NCBI GenBank assembly: GCA_025351565.1
Contig: JANXVR010000103.1
Coordinates: 697 to 64,696 of the forward strand
Source of the DNA: Actinomycetes bacterium
Lineage (GTDB): Bacteria; Actinomycetota; UBA4738; HRBIN12
DNA length: 64,000 nucleotides
Direction: 5' to 3'
Both the position numbers and the translations under genes were made by a program. The notes under the pieces are model-generated. The model searched no databases, was not told the DNA's origin, and saw only the letters and a list, made by a program, of their open reading frames with translations. This document shows positions 1 through 9,450 of this stretch, piece after piece (the stretch's first letter is position 1; each line of letters opens with the position of its first letter).

Positions 1-405
1 GGTCATCTCCACCATCTCCGGGACGTGTTCGGTGGCCTTCGGATAGACGTCGGCGGGCCGGATCCCGAGCGCCGCCGCATCCGCGAACACCGCGGTCGTG
101 TACTTCTGGGCGATCTCCAAAGGGGCAAGCCCTTCGTCCTCCATGGCCAGGAGCATCTTGTCCACGGCCTCAGGGCTGGATTCGTCAGTCATGTGACCGA
201 CGTCGGTGATGTTCATGACCTGGGTCACGCGAAGCCCCTCGAACTCGAGCACCCGCCGGATGAGGTCGCCGAGCATGAAGGTCCGAAGGTTCCCCAGGTG
301 CGCGTAGCGGTAGACGGTGGGCCCGCACGAGTACATCTTCACGTGACCGGGTTCGATCGGGATCACGTCTTCGACCTGTCGCGAGAGGGAGTTGAAGAGC
401 CTCAT
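1..405 (-). CDS. cysS: cysteine--tRNA ligase, N-terminal ~135 codons (gene runs off the window start)
   Basis: Manual reverse-strand translation from ATG at 403-405: MRLFNSLSRQVEDVIPIEPGHVKMYSCGPTVYRYAHLGNLRTFMLGDLIRRVLEFEGLRVTQVMNITDVGH... This is a class-I HIGH-type motif (AHLGN) in a CysS-like N-terminus. It is absent from the ORF track because no stop lies inside the window. The + ORF 25..447 is its antisense shadow. Confidence 0.8.
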   Translation of the reverse strand, partial: MRLFNSLSRQVEDVIPIEPGHVKMYSCGPTVYRYAHLGNLRTFMLGDLIRRVLEFEGLRVTQVMNITDVGHMTDESSPEAVDKMLLAMEDEGLAPLEIAQKYTTAVFADAAALGIRPADVYPKATEHVPEMVEMT

Positions 406-459
406 GGCTGCCCAGGATACCCCTGGGGACGCGAACGATCGGCGTAGGCGTGCCTTCCC

Positions 460-918
460 CTAGCGGGTTGAGAGCGGCCGGCCCTCGAACGGTGTCGAGA
501 GGACAACGGTGGTTTCGGTTGCCACGCCACCTTTCTCTCGCAGGCGGCGGATCAGGTCCTCGAGGTCCGAGGTGGTGCGGGTGCGGATCTTGAGGACGTA
601 GTTGGCCTTACCCGCCACGCTGTAGCAGTCTTCGACCTCGGGGAACTCCGCGACCCGTTCGGGCAGGTCGTCAGGCTGCTGGGGGTCGAGGGGAATCGCT
701 TCGATGAGCGCGGTGACGTAGAGACCGATGGCGGCGGGATCGACAACCGCCCGGTAGCCGCGGATCACCCCTGACGCCTCGAGTTTGCGAACCCGGTCGT
801 GCACGGCGCTCGCGCTCATGCCCACGCGCGAAGCCACATCCGCGTAGGTCGCGCGCGCGTCCTTCTGGAGCGCGCCCACGATGTCGAGATCCTTGCCATC
901 CAGCACGCGGCCCATCAT
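460..918 (-). CDS. Lrp/AsnC-family transcriptional regulator
   Basis: C-terminal 152 aa of ORF 460..1260, starting at the internal ATG-ATG (913-918): MMGRVLDGKDLDIVGALQKDARATYADVASRVGMSASAVHDRVRKLEASGVIRGY... This is an HTH_AsnC plus AsnC-type ligand-binding domain pattern. The upstream 114 aa are Arg/Pro/Gly-rich frame noise. Confidence 0.85.
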   Translation of the reverse strand: MMGRVLDGKDLDIVGALQKDARATYADVASRVGMSASAVHDRVRKLEASGVIRGYRAVVDPAAIGLYVTALIEAIPLDPQQPDDLPERVAEFPEVEDCYSVAGKANYVLKIRTRTTSDLEDLIRRLREKGGVATETTVVLSTPFEGRPLSTR

Positions 919-1046
919 ACGGTGGCGGGGGATACGCGGAACCCCCGGACGGCCGATTGCGCCGGCAGGTGGGCGCGCGGTACAACCACGGCTCCCCACG
1001 GCGTCCGCCCCTCCCTCCGGTCCGGTTCGACCGTTTGGAGGGTCCG

Positions 1047-1769
1047 ATGGCACGCGAGCATCACCCGCCCTTGGGGTGGTCCGTTCGGAGCACGGTGGTG
1101 CCCAAACCGGGAGGCGGTGTCCGCCGCCTGACCCTGCTGGGCCCCGAGGATGCGACGGTCTACGCGCAGGCGGTGCGGCGGGCCACCCCCGCGATCGAAC
1201 GCCGCCTGGGCCCGGAGGTCTTCGCGAACCGCGCGCCCGGAACCGGATCGCTGGAGCCATGGCGCGCGGCTCGCGCCCGGTGGAGGCGATCGGCGGCGCG
1301 CCTCCTGCAGGCTGGACCGTCTGCCACCATGGACGTTCTCCAGTGCTACGACTCCATCACCCCCGAGGCGGTGGGTGTCGCGCTCGTCAGGCTGGGCGTG
1401 CCCGATCGCGCCGGCCGTCAGATCGTCCACGTCCTGCACGCCTTCAGGGAAGCAGGCGTCCCCGGTATCCCCGTGGGGCCGGAACCCTCCGCCGTCATCG
1501 CTAACGCCGTGCTTGCCGCCGTCGACGAGACACTGCGGCGCCGCGGGCTGGGGTTCGTTCGGTGGGTGGACGACGTGGTCCTCGCGGGACGCGACGCGCG
1601 TGCGGTCGAGCTGGGAGTGCGGGCGATAGAGGCTACGCTGGCGGAGTTGGGCCTCGAATCCAATCCCTCGAAGCACCACTGGTTCGTCGATCCCGAGATG
1701 GCCGGGGCGCACATCCTTGGGCCGGGCGCACAAGCCCCTTCGTCGATTGGGATACTCACCGGGCGATGA
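1047..1769 (+). CDS. reverse transcriptase (RNA-directed DNA polymerase), compact palm/fingers-only form, about 240 aa
   Basis: ORF 957..1769 taken from the internal ATG at 1047. Ordered RT motifs: VVPKPGGGVRRLTLLGPEDATVYAQAV (RT1/2), TMDVLQCYDSI (motif A Asp), GIPVGPEPSAVIANAVLAAVD (motif B), FVRWVDDVVL (motif C, xVDD), LGLESNPSKHHWF (motif D/E). The protein ends about 25 aa later, with no thumb/X, maturase or endonuclease domain. The start codon is uncertain (TTG 957 or ATG 1047). Confidence 0.7.
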   Translation: MAREHHPPLGWSVRSTVVPKPGGGVRRLTLLGPEDATVYAQAVRRATPAIERRLGPEVFANRAPGTGSLEPWRAARARWRRSAARLLQAGPSATMDVLQCYDSITPEAVGVALVRLGVPDRAGRQIVHVLHAFREAGVPGIPVGPEPSAVIANAVLAAVDETLRRRGLGFVRWVDDVVLAGRDARAVELGVRAIEATLAELGLESNPSKHHWFVDPEMAGAHILGPGAQAPSSIGILTGR

Positions 1770-3280
1770 GGACCCTCTACCGCGCCGCGCGCGTCCACAC
1801 GCTCAGTCACCCGGCCTCGGGCGAATGGCTCATGGTGGACGGTCGCCACGTCACCAGGGTCGGCTCCGGCGAACTACCGCATGCCGACCGAACCGTCGAC
1901 CTCCCGGGCGCGACGATCATCCCCGGGTTCATCGATACCCATGTTCATCTCACGGCCACCGGGATGGCGCTGGACAGCGAGGCCGTAACCCGGACCCGAT
2001 CGGCGGCCGACCTGCTCGCGCTCGCCCGGAACCTCGCCGCCGACACCAACGGCATCCTGGCCCTGCAGGGTTACGACGAATCTCTCTGGGAGGACCAACG
2101 CGTCCCCACCCTGCAGGAGCTGGACGCCCTTGGGGATCGGCCCCTGGTCATCCGTCGGGCGGACGGCCACGTGGCCCTCGCGAACAGGGCGGCGATCTCA
2201 GGGGCACACATCGGCGAGGTTACCGGGTGCGAGCGAGCCGACCACGGCGGGTTCACCGGGAGGGTCACGCAGGCAGCCGATCAACAGCTCTGGGCCTGGG
2301 TGACGGCGTCCATGAGCGACCACGCCGTCCAGGACCACCAGCTGCGGGCGGCCTCGCTCGCGGCCTCGCGAGGCGTCACCACGGTCCATGAGATGTCCAT
2401 GCCGCACTGGTACGGATCTCGCGACCTGGACGTCTTCCTGAGCCACCGGGACCGGCTGCCCGTTGACACGACCCTCATCATCGCAACGACCACCATCCGC
2501 CGAGCCATCGAACTCGGCCTTCCCGCGGTCGGCGGGGACCTTCCCGTCGACGGGTCGATCGGCGCCCGGACCGCCGCCCTGAGCGCCCCGTACACGGACG
2601 GCTCGGGCGAAGGGGTCACCTACTTCGACGATGAAGCCCTCGGAGCGTTCTTCCAGGGTGGGCATACCGCGGGCCTGCAGGTTGGGGTCCACGCCATCGG
2701 TGACCGCGCTATCGAACAGGTCCTCACGGCCTGGGAACGCGTGTATCGAGCGCTCGACACCCGACAGCGCCGGCATTTCCGGGCTCGCCGCCATCGAATC
2801 GAGCACTTCGAGATGCCCTCGGAACAGCAGATCGAACGCGCCGCGATGCTGGGGATCGCCGTGAGCGTCCAGCCGACCTTCGACCGGACCTGGGGAGGCA
2901 GTGGGGGGTTGTACGAGACCGGATTGGGGACGCATCGGGCGGCGTCGATGAACCCATTCCGGACCTTCCTGGACCGAGGGTTGGAGTTCGGTGTCGGATC
3001 GGATTCTCCTATCACACCGCTCGATCCCATGCTCACCATCTCCGCGCTCGAGTCACACCACAACCCGGCGCAGCGGCTCACGCGGGCCGAAGCGATAGGG
3101 ATACACACGGCCGGCAGCGCGCGAGTGGCCCATCACGAAGGGAAGAAGGGCGCCCTAGGGCCGGGGATGCATGCCGACTTCGCCGCCTATCCGCGGGACC
3201 CGTTCGCTGCCGACGACGACATCGGGTCCCTCCGGCCGATACTGGTGGTCTCCCTCGGGCGAGAGGTCTTCGCGGGATAG
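1766..3280 (+). CDS. metal-dependent amidohydrolase, YtcJ-like (amidohydrolase-3 family)
   Basis: ORF 1562..3280 taken from the internal ATG at 1766 (MRTLYRAARVHTL...). Motifs: GFIDTHVHLTATGM (HxH metal site), GVHAIGDRAIEQVL, RIEHFEMPSEQQIERAAMLGIAVSVQP, VGSDSPITPLDP. ATG 1766-1768 overlaps the RT stop TGA 1767-1769 (ATGA). Confidence 0.85.
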   Translation: MRTLYRAARVHTLSHPASGEWLMVDGRHVTRVGSGELPHADRTVDLPGATIIPGFIDTHVHLTATGMALDSEAVTRTRSAADLLALARNLAADTNGILALQGYDESLWEDQRVPTLQELDALGDRPLVIRRADGHVALANRAAISGAHIGEVTGCERADHGGFTGRVTQAADQQLWAWVTASMSDHAVQDHQLRAASLAASRGVTTVHEMSMPHWYGSRDLDVFLSHRDRLPVDTTLIIATTTIRRAIELGLPAVGGDLPVDGSIGARTAALSAPYTDGSGEGVTYFDDEALGAFFQGGHTAGLQVGVHAIGDRAIEQVLTAWERVYRALDTRQRRHFRARRHRIEHFEMPSEQQIERAAMLGIAVSVQPTFDRTWGGSGGLYETGLGTHRAASMNPFRTFLDRGLEFGVGSDSPITPLDPMLTISALESHHNPAQRLTRAEAIGIHTAGSARVAHHEGKKGALGPGMHADFAAYPRDPFAADDDIGSLRPILVVSLGREVFAG

Positions 3281-3510
3281 GAGTTGTCACTCTTTTCAGG
3301 GAGCCGACTTGACCGCTTCGGCGGGCCGGTCGTAGCGTTCGGCTCGCGTCACCGCTTCGGCGGGAACGCGCTGAGGATCCGACCGGCTGAGTAGAGAACG
3401 TGGCACCCCGGTGTCGCGGCCCCACAGGTCGTTCGGGTCCTCTGCGTGTGCCTGCTCCGTGCGACCAGGCTGGGAATCATCCGGCAACCGGCGGCGTTCA
3501 TCAGCCCTGG

Positions 3511-3538
3511 TTGCATCTTCGGGCGGTGGCAGTACAAT
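3511..3538 (+). promoter_or_regulatory. candidate housekeeping-sigma promoter for the DUF4193 gene
   Basis: TTGCAT (3511-3516), 16-nt spacer, TACAAT (3533-3538), about 50 nt upstream of the ATG at 3591. Sequence match only. Confidence 0.4.
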
Positions 3539-3590
3539 CCGCGCGACCCGAGCCCGAAGCGGGTCCGAACGCCCGATATCGAAGGACACC

Positions 3591-3959
3591 ATGACAGACA
3601 CAGAAGAGGTCGTCGAAGACGACGAGGTCGTTGACGAAGACGAAGAGATCGAGGACCTGGAACCGACCGCCGACGACCTGGTCGAGGCCACCACGCCGCC
3701 GGATCCGGCCGCCGCCGAGGTCGAGTCCATCCAGGACCTGCTGGTCAAGCAGGAGGCTCGCGCCGAGGAAGCAGAAGCCCCCGACGAAGAAGACGCCGCG
3801 CTCCTGGCTGCCCTGGCCAAGGACGAACGACTTGAGCCGATCGAAACCAAGGTCGTGCCCATCCAGGCCACCGAGTTCGTGTGCAAGCGGTGCTACCTGG
3901 TCCGGCACCAGAGCCAGCTGGCGAACAAGAAGAGGATGCTCTGCCGCGATTGCGCCTGA
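3591..3959 (+). CDS. DUF4193-family protein (acidic N-terminus, C-terminal zinc ribbon)
   Basis: ORF 3411..3959 from the internal ATG at 3591: MTDTEEVVEDDEVVDEDEEIEDLEP...ATEFVCKRCYLVRHQSQLANKKRMLCRDCA. This shows the CxxC...CxxC tail typical of the conserved actinobacterial DUF4193 family. Confidence 0.8.
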   Translation: MTDTEEVVEDDEVVDEDEEIEDLEPTADDLVEATTPPDPAAAEVESIQDLLVKQEARAEEAEAPDEEDAALLAALAKDERLEPIETKVVPIQATEFVCKRCYLVRHQSQLANKKRMLCRDCA

Positions 3960-6181
3960 CCCATCCGGGATCTGCGCCCATTCTGCCCGTCCAACTCCTC
4001 GTCGCGGCCGCGGGCGGCGTGGTGTTCTCGCTGTCGTTCCCGCCATCCGCGCTGTGGCCGCTCGCCTTCGTGGCCGTCGCGCCGCTGTTCCTGCTCATGC
4101 GGGGCGTTGGGGCTGTTCGGGGAGCGTTCCTCGGGTTCATCTACGGGGTCGTGGGATACGGCGTCACGCTGTCGTGGATCGACCGGTTCGGAACGGGGGC
4201 CTGGGTAGCGCTCACCGTTCTCTGCGCATCGTCGGTCGCGCTCCTGGGTTTGGTCGCCCCGATCGTGATCCGCCGAGGCAGGCCCGTGCTTTCCGCGGTT
4301 GGGTTCGCGGCGCTGTGGACCGTTGTGGACTTCCTCCGAGGCGCGTGGCCGTTCGGCGGGTTCACGTGGGGGGCGCTCGGGATATCCCAGGTCGAGAATC
4401 GCGTGACCCTTCGGCTGGCATCGATCACGGGCGTGTGGGGGGTCACGTTCGTGGTCGTGCTGGCGAACTGTCTCCTCGTGGCGGCGCTGGTCGATGGGGG
4501 AGAGGGGTGGCGGCGGGCAGGGCGGTTCTGCCTTGCTGGGGGCGTGGCGCTCGCCCCGGCGATGGTGCCGTTCCCCCGGGCGAGCGGCAGTCCCGTCGAC
4601 ATCGCCGTCATCCAGGCCGATGTGCGAACCGCAAGCGGCGCAGGGAACATCGCCAGGATGGATGCCGCCGCGCAGCGCACGCTCCGGACCTCCCCACCCG
4701 ACCTCGTCCTTTGGGGGGAGGGGGCGCTCGACCCTCAAGGGCTCGCGGATCCACGCGTCCGGGCGGACGTCCGGTCGGCCATCGCCGCCGTCGGCGCGCC
4801 AACCGTGATCGGTGCCGTGATCGACGATCCGGACGGGTCGGAGCACACGAGCGCGCTTGCCTTCGACGGCTCGGGGCGGCTCGTCGGCCGCTACGACAAG
4901 GTTCACCTGGTGCCCTTCGGCGAGTACGTGCCGTTCCGGGACGAACTCACCTGGGTTCGGGCGCTCGAACAGGTGCCGATAGATCGAACGCCGGGGGAGC
5001 GGGTGGTGCCGCTCACGATCACCGGGCTCCCCGCCTTCGGCACACCCATCTGCTTCGAGAATAGCTTCCCGTCGATCCCCCGGGACATGGTGCGCGCCGG
5101 GGCCCGCTTCCTGGTGGTTCCGGTGAACAACGCCTCATACGGGTTCAGCGCCGCGGGCGCGCAGCACTTGCAGATGAGCAGGATGCGCGCGGTCGAAGAC
5201 GGGCGCTGGGTGGTGGACGCCGCGGTATCAGGCCCGAGCGCCTTCATCGATTCGAGCGGTCGGGTCGTCGCCCAGGCCGGGCTGTTCGACACGGCTATCC
5301 TTACAGCCACCATCCGGTCCTCCGACGCGCGCACGTGGTACGTCCGGTTGGGGGATCTGTTCCCCTGGCTGGCGTTGGCGTTGGTGGGAGCCGTAGGGCT
5401 CTCGCCCCGACCGCGGTCGCGCTCCCGCGGTCCCCTCGCGCCCCTGCCACCGGATCCGCGCACATTGGTCGTCCTTCCCACCTACCAGGAGGCGGAGACC
5501 ATCGGCACCGTCATCGGCCGCCTACGAGCTCTTCCCAGCGCGCCCGATGTGCTGGTGGTGGACGATTCCTCCCCGGACGGGACGGCCGAGATCGTGAGCC
5601 GGGCCGGGGCGGAAGATCCCGGCGTCCGGTTGGCGGTCCGACCGACGAAGGCGGGGCTCGCAGGGGCGTATCTGGAAGGCTTCCGGCATGCCCTGTCGGC
5701 AGGCTATGACCTGATCGTGGAGATGGACGCGGACCTGTCCCACGACCCTGCCGAGCTCCCGAGATTGCTCGCGGCGGCAACCCGTCACGACCTGACCGTT
5801 GGGAGCCGTTACGGGCAAGGGGGATCGGTCACGAACTGGAGCCGGGCGCGGGTCGCCCTCTCGCGCGGAGGCAATCGTTACGCCCGGTGGATGCTCGGCT
5901 TCCCCTTGAGGGACGCCACGAGCGGCTATCGGGTCTACCGTCGAGCGCTGCTTGCCGAGCTGACCCGAGAGCCGTTCGCCTCGGAGGGCTATGGCTTCCA
6001 GATCGAACTCGTATTGCGGGCTTGGCGGATGGGCTACGACGTCGGCGAGGCGCCCATCACGTTCAGCGAACGGGTCTACGGGGAATCGAAGATCTCTCGG
6101 CGCATCGTGGCCGAGGCCCTCTGGCTGGTCACGCGATGGGGCGTGGGGGCCAGACTGGGCCGGCCACTGCCAGGAGACTAA
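3881..6181 (+). CDS. lnt/ppm1: apolipoprotein N-acyltransferase (Lnt) fused to polyprenol-phosphate mannose synthase (Ppm1-type two-domain protein)
   Basis: 766-aa ORF. The N-terminal multi-TM region plus CN-hydrolase domain (KVHLVPFGEYVP, PICFENSFP, VVPVNNASYG) is Lnt. From about 5455 a GT2 Dpm1/Ppm domain follows (LVVLPTYQEAETIG, VLVVDDSSPDGT, VEMDADLSHDP, GYGFQIEL). The start is uncertain: GTG 3881 overlaps DUF4193 by 79 nt, and no canonical start lies between 3960 and the first TM helix. Confidence 0.85.
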   Translation: MQAVLPGPAPEPAGEQEEDALPRLRLTHPGSAPILPVQLLVAAAGGVVFSLSFPPSALWPLAFVAVAPLFLLMRGVGAVRGAFLGFIYGVVGYGVTLSWIDRFGTGAWVALTVLCASSVALLGLVAPIVIRRGRPVLSAVGFAALWTVVDFLRGAWPFGGFTWGALGISQVENRVTLRLASITGVWGVTFVVVLANCLLVAALVDGGEGWRRAGRFCLAGGVALAPAMVPFPRASGSPVDIAVIQADVRTASGAGNIARMDAAAQRTLRTSPPDLVLWGEGALDPQGLADPRVRADVRSAIAAVGAPTVIGAVIDDPDGSEHTSALAFDGSGRLVGRYDKVHLVPFGEYVPFRDELTWVRALEQVPIDRTPGERVVPLTITGLPAFGTPICFENSFPSIPRDMVRAGARFLVVPVNNASYGFSAAGAQHLQMSRMRAVEDGRWVVDAAVSGPSAFIDSSGRVVAQAGLFDTAILTATIRSSDARTWYVRLGDLFPWLALALVGAVGLSPRPRSRSRGPLAPLPPDPRTLVVLPTYQEAETIGTVIGRLRALPSAPDVLVVDDSSPDGTAEIVSRAGAEDPGVRLAVRPTKAGLAGAYLEGFRHALSAGYDLIVEMDADLSHDPAELPRLLAAATRHDLTVGSRYGQGGSVTNWSRARVALSRGGNRYARWMLGFPLRDATSGYRVYRRALLAELTREPFASEGYGFQIELVLRAWRMGYDVGEAPITFSERVYGESKISRRIVAEALWLVTRWGVGARLGRPLPGD

Positions 6182-6265
6182 TCCCCATAACGAACATTAT
6201 GGCACCTTAACGTTTGAAAGAGGTCTCACCGGTCCGGCCACGTTCCCTCCCCTCGCGGCTCGGGC

Positions 6266-7728
6266 CTACCAGCGGAGCTTGAGGTGGCGGGCGGCTCGGG
6301 CCTCGTCCAAGCGTCGCACCGGCGTCGTCATCGGGGCGGAGCGCAGGAGATCGGGATCGGTCCGCGCCTCCGCGGCCGCCCGGCGCAGGGCTGCGGCGTA
6401 GCCCTCCAAGGTCGCCTTGGTCTCCGTTTCGGTGGGCTCGACCATCATCGCCTCCTCCACGACGAGCGGGAAATAGACGGTGGAGGGGTGATAGCCGAGG
6501 TCGATGAGGCGTTTCGCGACATCCATCGCGCGGATATCGGTCTCGTCCTTCAGCGGCTTGGCCGTGGCAACGAACTCGTGCATCGGACGGCCCGCATACG
6601 CGAGGGGGAAGTCCTCGCGTATGAGGGAGGCCAGGTAGTTAGCGTTCAAGGCCGCCAGTTCGCTAACCGACTTCAGGCCGTCGGCGCCGTGGGCGAACAC
6701 ATACGCGTAGGCCCGCACCAGCACGCCGATGTTGCCGTTGTAGCCGTGTAGTCTGCCGATGGAGCGCGGTCGGTCCCGGTCCCAGACGAACCCGGCGTCG
6801 GTTCGCGCCAGGACGGGGGCCGGGAGATACGGCACGAGCCGTTCCACGACGCCGACCGGACCCGCCCCCGGCCCTCCCCCGCCGTGCGGCGTGGCGAAGG
6901 TCTTGTGCGTGTTGATATGCACGATGTCGAACCCCATGTCGCCGGGCCGGCAGTGGCCCATGATCGCGTTGAGGTTGGCGCCGTCGTAGTAGACGAGTCC
7001 GCCCACGCCGTGCACGATCTCGGTGATCCGCTCGATCTCCTCTTCGAACAAACCCAGGGTGTTGGGGTTGGTCAGCATCAGGCCGGCGACCTGATCGTCC
7101 ACGAGGTTCTCCAGCGCGTCCACGTCTACCAGGCCGCGGGTGTCCGAGGGCACCCCCACCGCCTCGAACCCCGCCAGGCGCACGCTCGCCGGGTTCGTCC
7201 CGTGAGCCGAGTCCGGGATGAGGACCTTCGTTCGCGCCCCCCCGTGATCCTCGTGGTAGGCGCGCATCATGAGGAGCCCGGTCATCTCCCCACACGCCCC
7301 CGCCGGTGGCTGCAAGGTCGCCCGAGCCATCCCCGTGAGAGCGCAGAGTGCCTCTTCCAGTCGCCACAGAACCTCGAGCGTGCCTTGCACTGTGGCGTCC
7401 GGCTGCAAGGGGTGGATCCGGCGGAAGCCGGGCAGGGCCGCGACCTCCTCCGCCACCTTCGGGTTGTATTTCATCGTGCAGGACCCGAGCGGATAGAAGC
7501 CCGTGTCGAGGCCGTAGTTGCGCTGCGAAAGGCCGGTGTAGTGACGAACCAGATCGATCTCAGCGACCTCGGGCAGCCGCGGCGCCGTCCCTCGGGCATA
7601 CGCCGGCGGAACCGCGGCCTTCGGCACGTCCAAGGCAGGGAACCCGAACGCTCGGCGGCCGGGGACCGAGCGATCCATGATGGTCGCGATGCCTGCGTCC
7701 GGGCCACGGGTTCGGATAGGGGCGCCGA

Positions 7729-7732
<4 letters not shown>
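6266..7732 (-). CDS. gcvPB: glycine dehydrogenase (decarboxylating) subunit 2
   Basis: 488-aa ORF with the GcvPB pattern (GSCTMKYNPK, HINTHKTFATPHGGGGPG PLP-lysine region). It overlaps the gcvPA stop by 4 nt. Confidence 0.95.
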
Positions 7733-9042
<1,310 letters not shown>

Positions 9043-9081
9043 ATAGGCCAGTCTACGAGGAGCCCCGTGGATGACCGTTGG

Positions 9082-9450
9082 TCAACCCGACGCATCTTCA
9101 AGGCCGTACTTGGTCACCAAGGACAGATAGTCGCGCTGGTAGAAGACCTTGCACCTGACCTCCGGATACCGCTCCCTCAGCAAGCGCACCTTGCGGTTCT
9201 TCTTCGTGACCAGGTTCTGGTTGAGCGTGGTGATCTCGATGAACAGATCGAAAGCCGGGAGATAGAAGTCCGGGGTGAACCTGCGGGTCACCACCCCCGC
9301 CGAACTCCATTCGATATCGAAGGACTGAGGTTCGTAGGACCATTCGATGCCGTAGAAGTCCAGGAGCTGCGCGAACTGTCGCTCCGAGGCGTGGGCGAAG
9401 CCGATGAGTTCGCTCTGGAGCGGTTCGAACGCCGTCGGGTTCGCGCTCAC
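9082..9450 (-). CDS. conserved hypothetical protein, possible PD-(D/E)xK-like nuclease fold
   Basis: 122-aa ORF. Its GTG start (9448-9450) overlaps the MerR stop (GTGA). The segment RFTPDFYLPAFDLFIEITT resembles a PD...E-x-(K/T) nuclease core. There is no firm family assignment. Confidence 0.55.
   Translation of the reverse strand: MSANPTAFEPLQSELIGFAHASERQFAQLLDFYGIEWSYEPQSFDIEWSSAGVVTRRFTPDFYLPAFDLFIEITTLNQNLVTKKNRKVRLLRERYPEVRCKVFYQRDYLSLVTKYGLEDASG

Noticed and set aside
25-447. The plus-strand 140-aa ORF at the window start.
   Set aside because: It is antisense to a clear CysS N-terminus (HIGH motif) on the minus strand, and its sequence has no family features.
3631-5064. Very long alternative-frame or antisense ORFs, e.g. 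3631..5064 (477 aa), 58666..60099 (477 aa), 60707..62203 (498 aa), 54945..56336 (463 aa) and 22340..23410 (356 aa).
   Set aside because: They are Arg/Pro/Gly/Ala-rich with no recognisable motifs. Each lies entirely over a gene with strong family signatures in another frame or strand. These are the usual shadow ORFs of high-GC DNA, where stop codons are rare.
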